DNA of 63,726 nt, counting the filler, from Octopus bimaculoides (taxonomy: Eukaryota): NCBI RefSeq assembly GCF_001194135.2. It is 4 parts of 4 records of this genome, joined end to end, with 100 filler letters (N's around TTAATTAATTAA, not from the genome) between each part and the next. Parts side by side here need not be neighbours in the genome. Positions count along the whole stretch, not along the records: positions 62,347 to 63,726 come from NC_069002.1; 3 more parts are not named here. The stretch is one strand, 5' to 3'. Below the pieces are notes generated by a model, which saw only the letters and a program-made list of their open reading frames with translations, did not search any database and was not told the origin of the DNA. The translations under genes were made by a program, and so were the position numbers. Positions within the stretch are counted from its first letter, which is position 1; each line of letters starts with the position of its first letter. Positions 62,700 to 63,726 of this stretch are shown here, piece after piece.

Positions 62700-62905
62700 T
62701 TTATTTATAAGTATTGGTTTCAAATTTAGCACAAAAACCAACAATTTGGGGACAGTAAGTGCTCAACAATTCCTTCTTTTATCGACCCAGAACGATCAAA
62801 GGCAAAGTTGACCATGGTGGAATTTAAACTCAGAACGTAAAGACGGACAAAATGCCCCTAAGCATATAGTCCGGCGTGTTATCAATTCTGCCAAACTCGC
62901 CGCCT
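62700..62905 (-). mobile_element. Family C SINE
   Basis: aaaggcaaagttgaccatggtggaatttaaactcagaacgtaa..attctgccaaactcgccgcc. Confidence 0.75.
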
Positions 62906-63726
62906 TGATAAACCAATCTGTCTTTTCGAATACCAATTTTTCCATTTAATAAGTAATCAAACGAGAGTTATCTCCCGTGATTTGCTCGCACGCAGAGGTA
63001 AGTATTTCAAGGGAGGTAACCTATATTTGTACAATATTTCATAAGCGCAATCAAGTGCCATTGGTTACTCTAAAACCACGTGATTCAGTGGTTAGGATAT
63101 TCACAGCACGAAATAAAGTCCGTGAGTTCGATTCCTAGGAATGGGGATGAGTTACTTCTTTGAGGTATGGCTGTGAGGTAAGAAATCCACCTCGGCGTTA
63201 TTTGAAATCAGAACGGAAAGACGGACGAAATGCTGCTAAGCGTTTTGTCCGGCTTGCAGCCGATTCTGCCTGCTCGCCGCCTTGTGCATTCTAATAATAA
63301 TAATAATAATAATCCCATATGGTTTGATAATCCCTGCTTCGATTCTTTGACAGTTAATGGCTGTCCGCAGGCTTTCATTCTATGTGAGACCCTCTTCATA
63401 GCAACCCCTTGTTGCTCCACCCCCACCCCCACTCAAGGGCTTTGTCATTAATAAACACATCATTAATTATGCATTTGTTCATTTCTTCTTTTCGTCGTCG
63501 TCGTCGTCGTCATCATCATCATCATCATCGTCATCATCATCATCATCTCGACGTTTGTCCTTTATTGGTATGTTTCCTGTTGTTTTTAGCTGTTGTTATT
63601 AAAGATTATTACGTTGCTGCTGCTGCTGCTGCCAATGGTAATGATAATGTCCGCGCCATTTTGTCAACGATGTGTTTCGTATGTGTATGCGTGCGTGCGT
63701 GCGTGCGTGCGTGTGTGTATGTGTGT

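Noticed and set aside
63075-63150. tRNA gene (also 45430-45506)
   Set aside because: A and B boxes are present, but no acceptor or anticodon stems could be folded; these are SINE heads.

Overview
AT-rich, gapped eukaryotic genomic DNA, almost certainly octopus: the SINE families, microsatellite load and transposon mix match what I recall for Octopus. The one host gene I can support is a minus-strand, intron-containing DUF885-family gene. Nine GT-AG exons (61101 to 36235) splice in frame into 345 aa, starting MSKMGKGGKLEDLFERFWQWRLEDSPDFA. Its expected C-terminal part, with the HExxPGHH-type motif, is not visible in the window. The rest is layered, mostly decayed mobile DNA: Helitrons, five Tc1/mariner copies, Ty3/Gypsy, Tx1/L1, RTE and R4/Dong-like LINEs, about five SINE-like families and a hAT MITE. 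The most unusual structures are (i) three Merlin-like MITEs with 8-bp TSDs and TTAGGG telomere-like cores, one a head-to-head palindrome just upstream of exon 1; (ii) two abutting near-perfect hairpins (29-bp and 67-bp stems) in intron 7; and (iii) young inverted SINE copies bracketing exons 8 and 9. Three TTAATTAATTAA words inside N-runs are assembly linkers. Transposon boundaries without TIR/TSD support are approximate, and family names come from recalled motifs, not database searches.
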